Assembly: GCA_003693705.1 (NCBI GenBank)
Contig: RBZT01000721.1
Coordinates: forward strand, 1-64,000
Length of the DNA: 64,000 nt
Source: Polymyxa betae A26-41
Taxonomy: Eukaryota > Protista > Endomyxa: Phytomyxea
Direction: 5' to 3'
The notes under the pieces are model-generated. The model searched no databases and was not told the origin of the DNA. It saw only the letters and a list, made by a program, of their open reading frames with translations. Below, in pieces: positions 61,606 through 64,000 of the stretch (position 1 is its first letter; every line of letters begins with the position of its first letter). The translations under genes were made by a program, and so were the position numbers.

Positions 61606-62189
61606 ATGCCGAATGTTCGATACAGGATGGTAACCGGGCTGAAATCCAGCGGAAAGACGTCCTTGATGGTGAAGATGCAAGCATGGAATTTTTTTCACAA
61701 TAACGCCGAAGCCTTGCCCCTTCCGCCTCCTACGAAACAGTTGCAGCATTATTCGTTCGATTTAGGTCATCTGGAGACGGAATTCATCGAAGTTCCATCG
61801 TCATTGTATTCAATGACGAAGCCATCTATCCAGGAACTAATTAACAAAGTCGATGCCATCATTTATACAATCGATAGCAGTAATCCTATACGATTACAAC
61901 AGGCTCAGTAAGCTGAAAGCATTTCGTCCTATCTCTTGTTTACAAAACACGCAGAGGTCAATTGAAAGATTTGTTTCAAAATGGATTCTCAGTTATCAGA
62001 TTGTTGGTTCTTTTCACCAAAACTGACAGTCCCAACTCAATGAAAGACGAGGATTTGATCGATGCCATGTTTCCCGACATCACAGAAGCTAGTCATTTGA
62101 CTTACGAACGTATCACTTTGAATTCGACGTCAAGGGCGATTAATATAATCCGGGAGTTTATCAAGCATCTTCCAGGACGCATCATCTAG
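61606..62189 (+). CDS. Divergent ARF/ARL-like small GTPase, 2 exons
   Basis: GLKSSGKTS P-loop, PPT, VDAIIYTIDSSNPIRL, LLVLFTKTD; GTAAGC...CAG intron. Confidence 0.7.
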
Positions 62190-62488
62190 ATAATACGATG
62201 TTGTCTATAAGCATGCCTGAATTCAATATGACACTGCAGAGCCAGCTTAAGACCCTGAAAGGACAGAGCAAGATCACGGCTAGCGTGAAGAAGACGGGAG
62301 GAGCTGGAAGAATTGCTAGTTCGGCTGGAAGCAATCGGGATGCCTACTGAGAAAGCAAATCAGCAAAATGGTTAAAGAGAGGAAATGGATTATGGAAAGA
62401 GAGAGAGAGAGACGTGGCCAAGGTCAGCGATAGTGACCTGTTGCGCAGCCTAGCGTAGCGGGCTCAGACTCCAACTAGGGTTTTCTTG

Positions 62489-62773
62489 ATGGCTATCTTC
62501 GCAAGCGATGTCTCGATCCTATCGTCAGGAAGGTTCAGGAGCATTGAGGTCCGCGGTGATGTTGATAAGAAGCCCAGGCGATTCATGGACGATTTGGTGA
62601 TGCACTACAACTTGGTCACGTCCCTCTATATGCTTGATCCATGGGAGAGAAACGTTTTTAGTATGGGACCTTACTAACGGGTTCCTATCACACTACTAAT
62701 GTACTTGATTACAGATACGTTCTTGTTGGGAACTGTTGCCACCGCATCTTACTTCGCGATCTCGTATATCTAA
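62489..62773 (+). CDS. Serine palmitoyltransferase small subunit (ssSPT)
   Basis: HYNLVTSLYMLDPWERNVF|NTFLLG matches the ssSPT Y...T.LYML.PWE...FN signature. Confidence 0.85.
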
Positions 62774-63141
62774 GCCTCCTGTCGGAGCCACAGAGAACAT
62801 CTGGGCGAAAATCCAATTTGTCGTTAAATCCGATTCATTCTTTCTGGAACACTCTCTTCGGTACAAGAATATAAGCGCTCAATAAATCCTCAGAATTTAC
62901 TTCCCATGCTCAACCTCGGCTCCTGGGGGCGTTCGCATCATTTCGTCTACACTTAGCTCAGATTCGACGACGTCAATTTAACTGCTAAACGCTGGATGTT
63001 ATACAGTTGACGAAAAGAGCTATGAGAGCGAGCCATGGAAATTGTCAAATTTGCTTTGTAACTTGATGTGTTTGATAGAGTGGGAGTTTTGTAGTTGGGT
63101 GACGGAGTCCGCATCCCCCCTGCACACATCTATTTAGAATC

Positions 63142-64000
63142 ATGTCGGCGTCGCAAGCTTTCGCTGGCCTAACCGGACGGATTGCCGGCCTCGCTATCGG
63201 TCTTGGTGCTGCTGCCACGGCCGTCCAGCAGTCTGTGTACGATGGTAATGCGGCCTCTATCGAGCTGTGATCAATGAAACTCACGAATTGCAGTGCAACC
63301 TGGTCATCGTGCTATCATTTTCGATCGATTCGCTGGTGTCAAGGATTACATTGTTCCTGAAGGTGACAAAAGAATCGCTCGCTTTATCTGCGTGTTTTTA
63401 ACTCGTAATAGGTACCCATTTCTTGATTCCAATTCTTCAAAGGCCTATCATATTCGATGTACGACAGTCGCGTTTTTGTCAGATCATTCTCTAAACGAGC
63501 TATTCAGGTTCGAACTCGGCCCAGGACCATCTCTACAACGACCGGAACCAAGGATCTGCAGGTTGTCAACCTTTCCCTGCGTGTTTTGTCGAAGCCCAAT
63601 GTCGATCGCCTTCCCGAGCTGTACCGTCATCTGGGTCTCGACTACGATGAGCGTGTTCTGCCATCGATCGGGAACGAAGTTCTGAAGTCGACCGTGGCCC
63701 AGTATAACGCCGATCAGCTGCTCACCATGCGTGATCAAGTCTCACGTGATATTCGTGATGGGCTTCACCAGCGAGCCAAAGATTTCAACATCTTGCTGGA
63801 TGATGTTTCCGTCACTCACATCAACTTTTCTCGTGAATTCAGCGCCGCTATCGAGCAGAAACAGGTCGCCCAGCAGGAAGCCGAACGATCGAAGTTTGTC
63901 GTTCTGAAAGCTGAGCAAGAGAAGCTCGCCGCCATTATTCAAGCTGAAGGTGAATCCGAAGCTGCTCAGCTGATCTCCGATGCCATGGCGAAATCCGGCG
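63142..64000 (+). CDS. PHB1: Prohibitin (PHB1-type), 3' truncated by the window edge
   Basis: YD|[17 protein letters not shown]|[59 protein letters not shown]. Confidence 0.96.

Noticed and set aside
1-64000. tRNA, rRNA, CRISPR arrays or prokaryotic operons
   Set aside because: None recognised by eye; the sequence is intron-rich eukaryotic DNA. A covariance-model scan was not possible.
1-64000. Frequent TCGA/CGATCG words (HIP1-like impression)
   Set aside because: Could not be counted reliably and is plausibly explained by codon usage (ATC GAT/GAC, CGA).

Overview
Eukaryotic nuclear DNA from a very compact, intron-rich genome: about 25 genes in 64 kb, standard genetic code, and GT-AG introns mostly 45-60 nt with weak donor consensus. 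Two GC-AG introns are also supported. Flagellar genes (CFAP418, CCDC17-like, DRC3) imply a flagellated stage. The architecture would fit a phytomyxid-like protist, but that is inference only. Manually spliced gene models include a PHO80/U-type cyclin, alanine aminotransferase, importin-alpha, roadblock dynein light chain, NDUFAF7/MidA, NXT1, LSM2, a GNAT, MUS81, an MFS transporter, a RAD5/HLTF-like helicase, CDC14, a class-3 lipase, a TPR-DUSP-MYND-USP deubiquitinase, a Pkr1-like protein, a mucin-like surface protein, RidA, a WD40 protein, a divergent ARF-like GTPase, ssSPT and prohibitin. The 49.3-55.7 kb interval is a graveyard of decayed elements: two gag relics, a tyrosine-recombinase relic and a Zn-knuckle/F-box-like pseudogene. 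The most unusual signals are telomere-type repeats in both orientations in four introns of the NDUFAF7 gene (one forming the 3' splice region), a 68-bp loopless palindrome, a lipase apparently lacking its catalytic His, a TPR-fused USP and a bacterial-type MFS. No database search was run; all family calls rest on recognised motifs.
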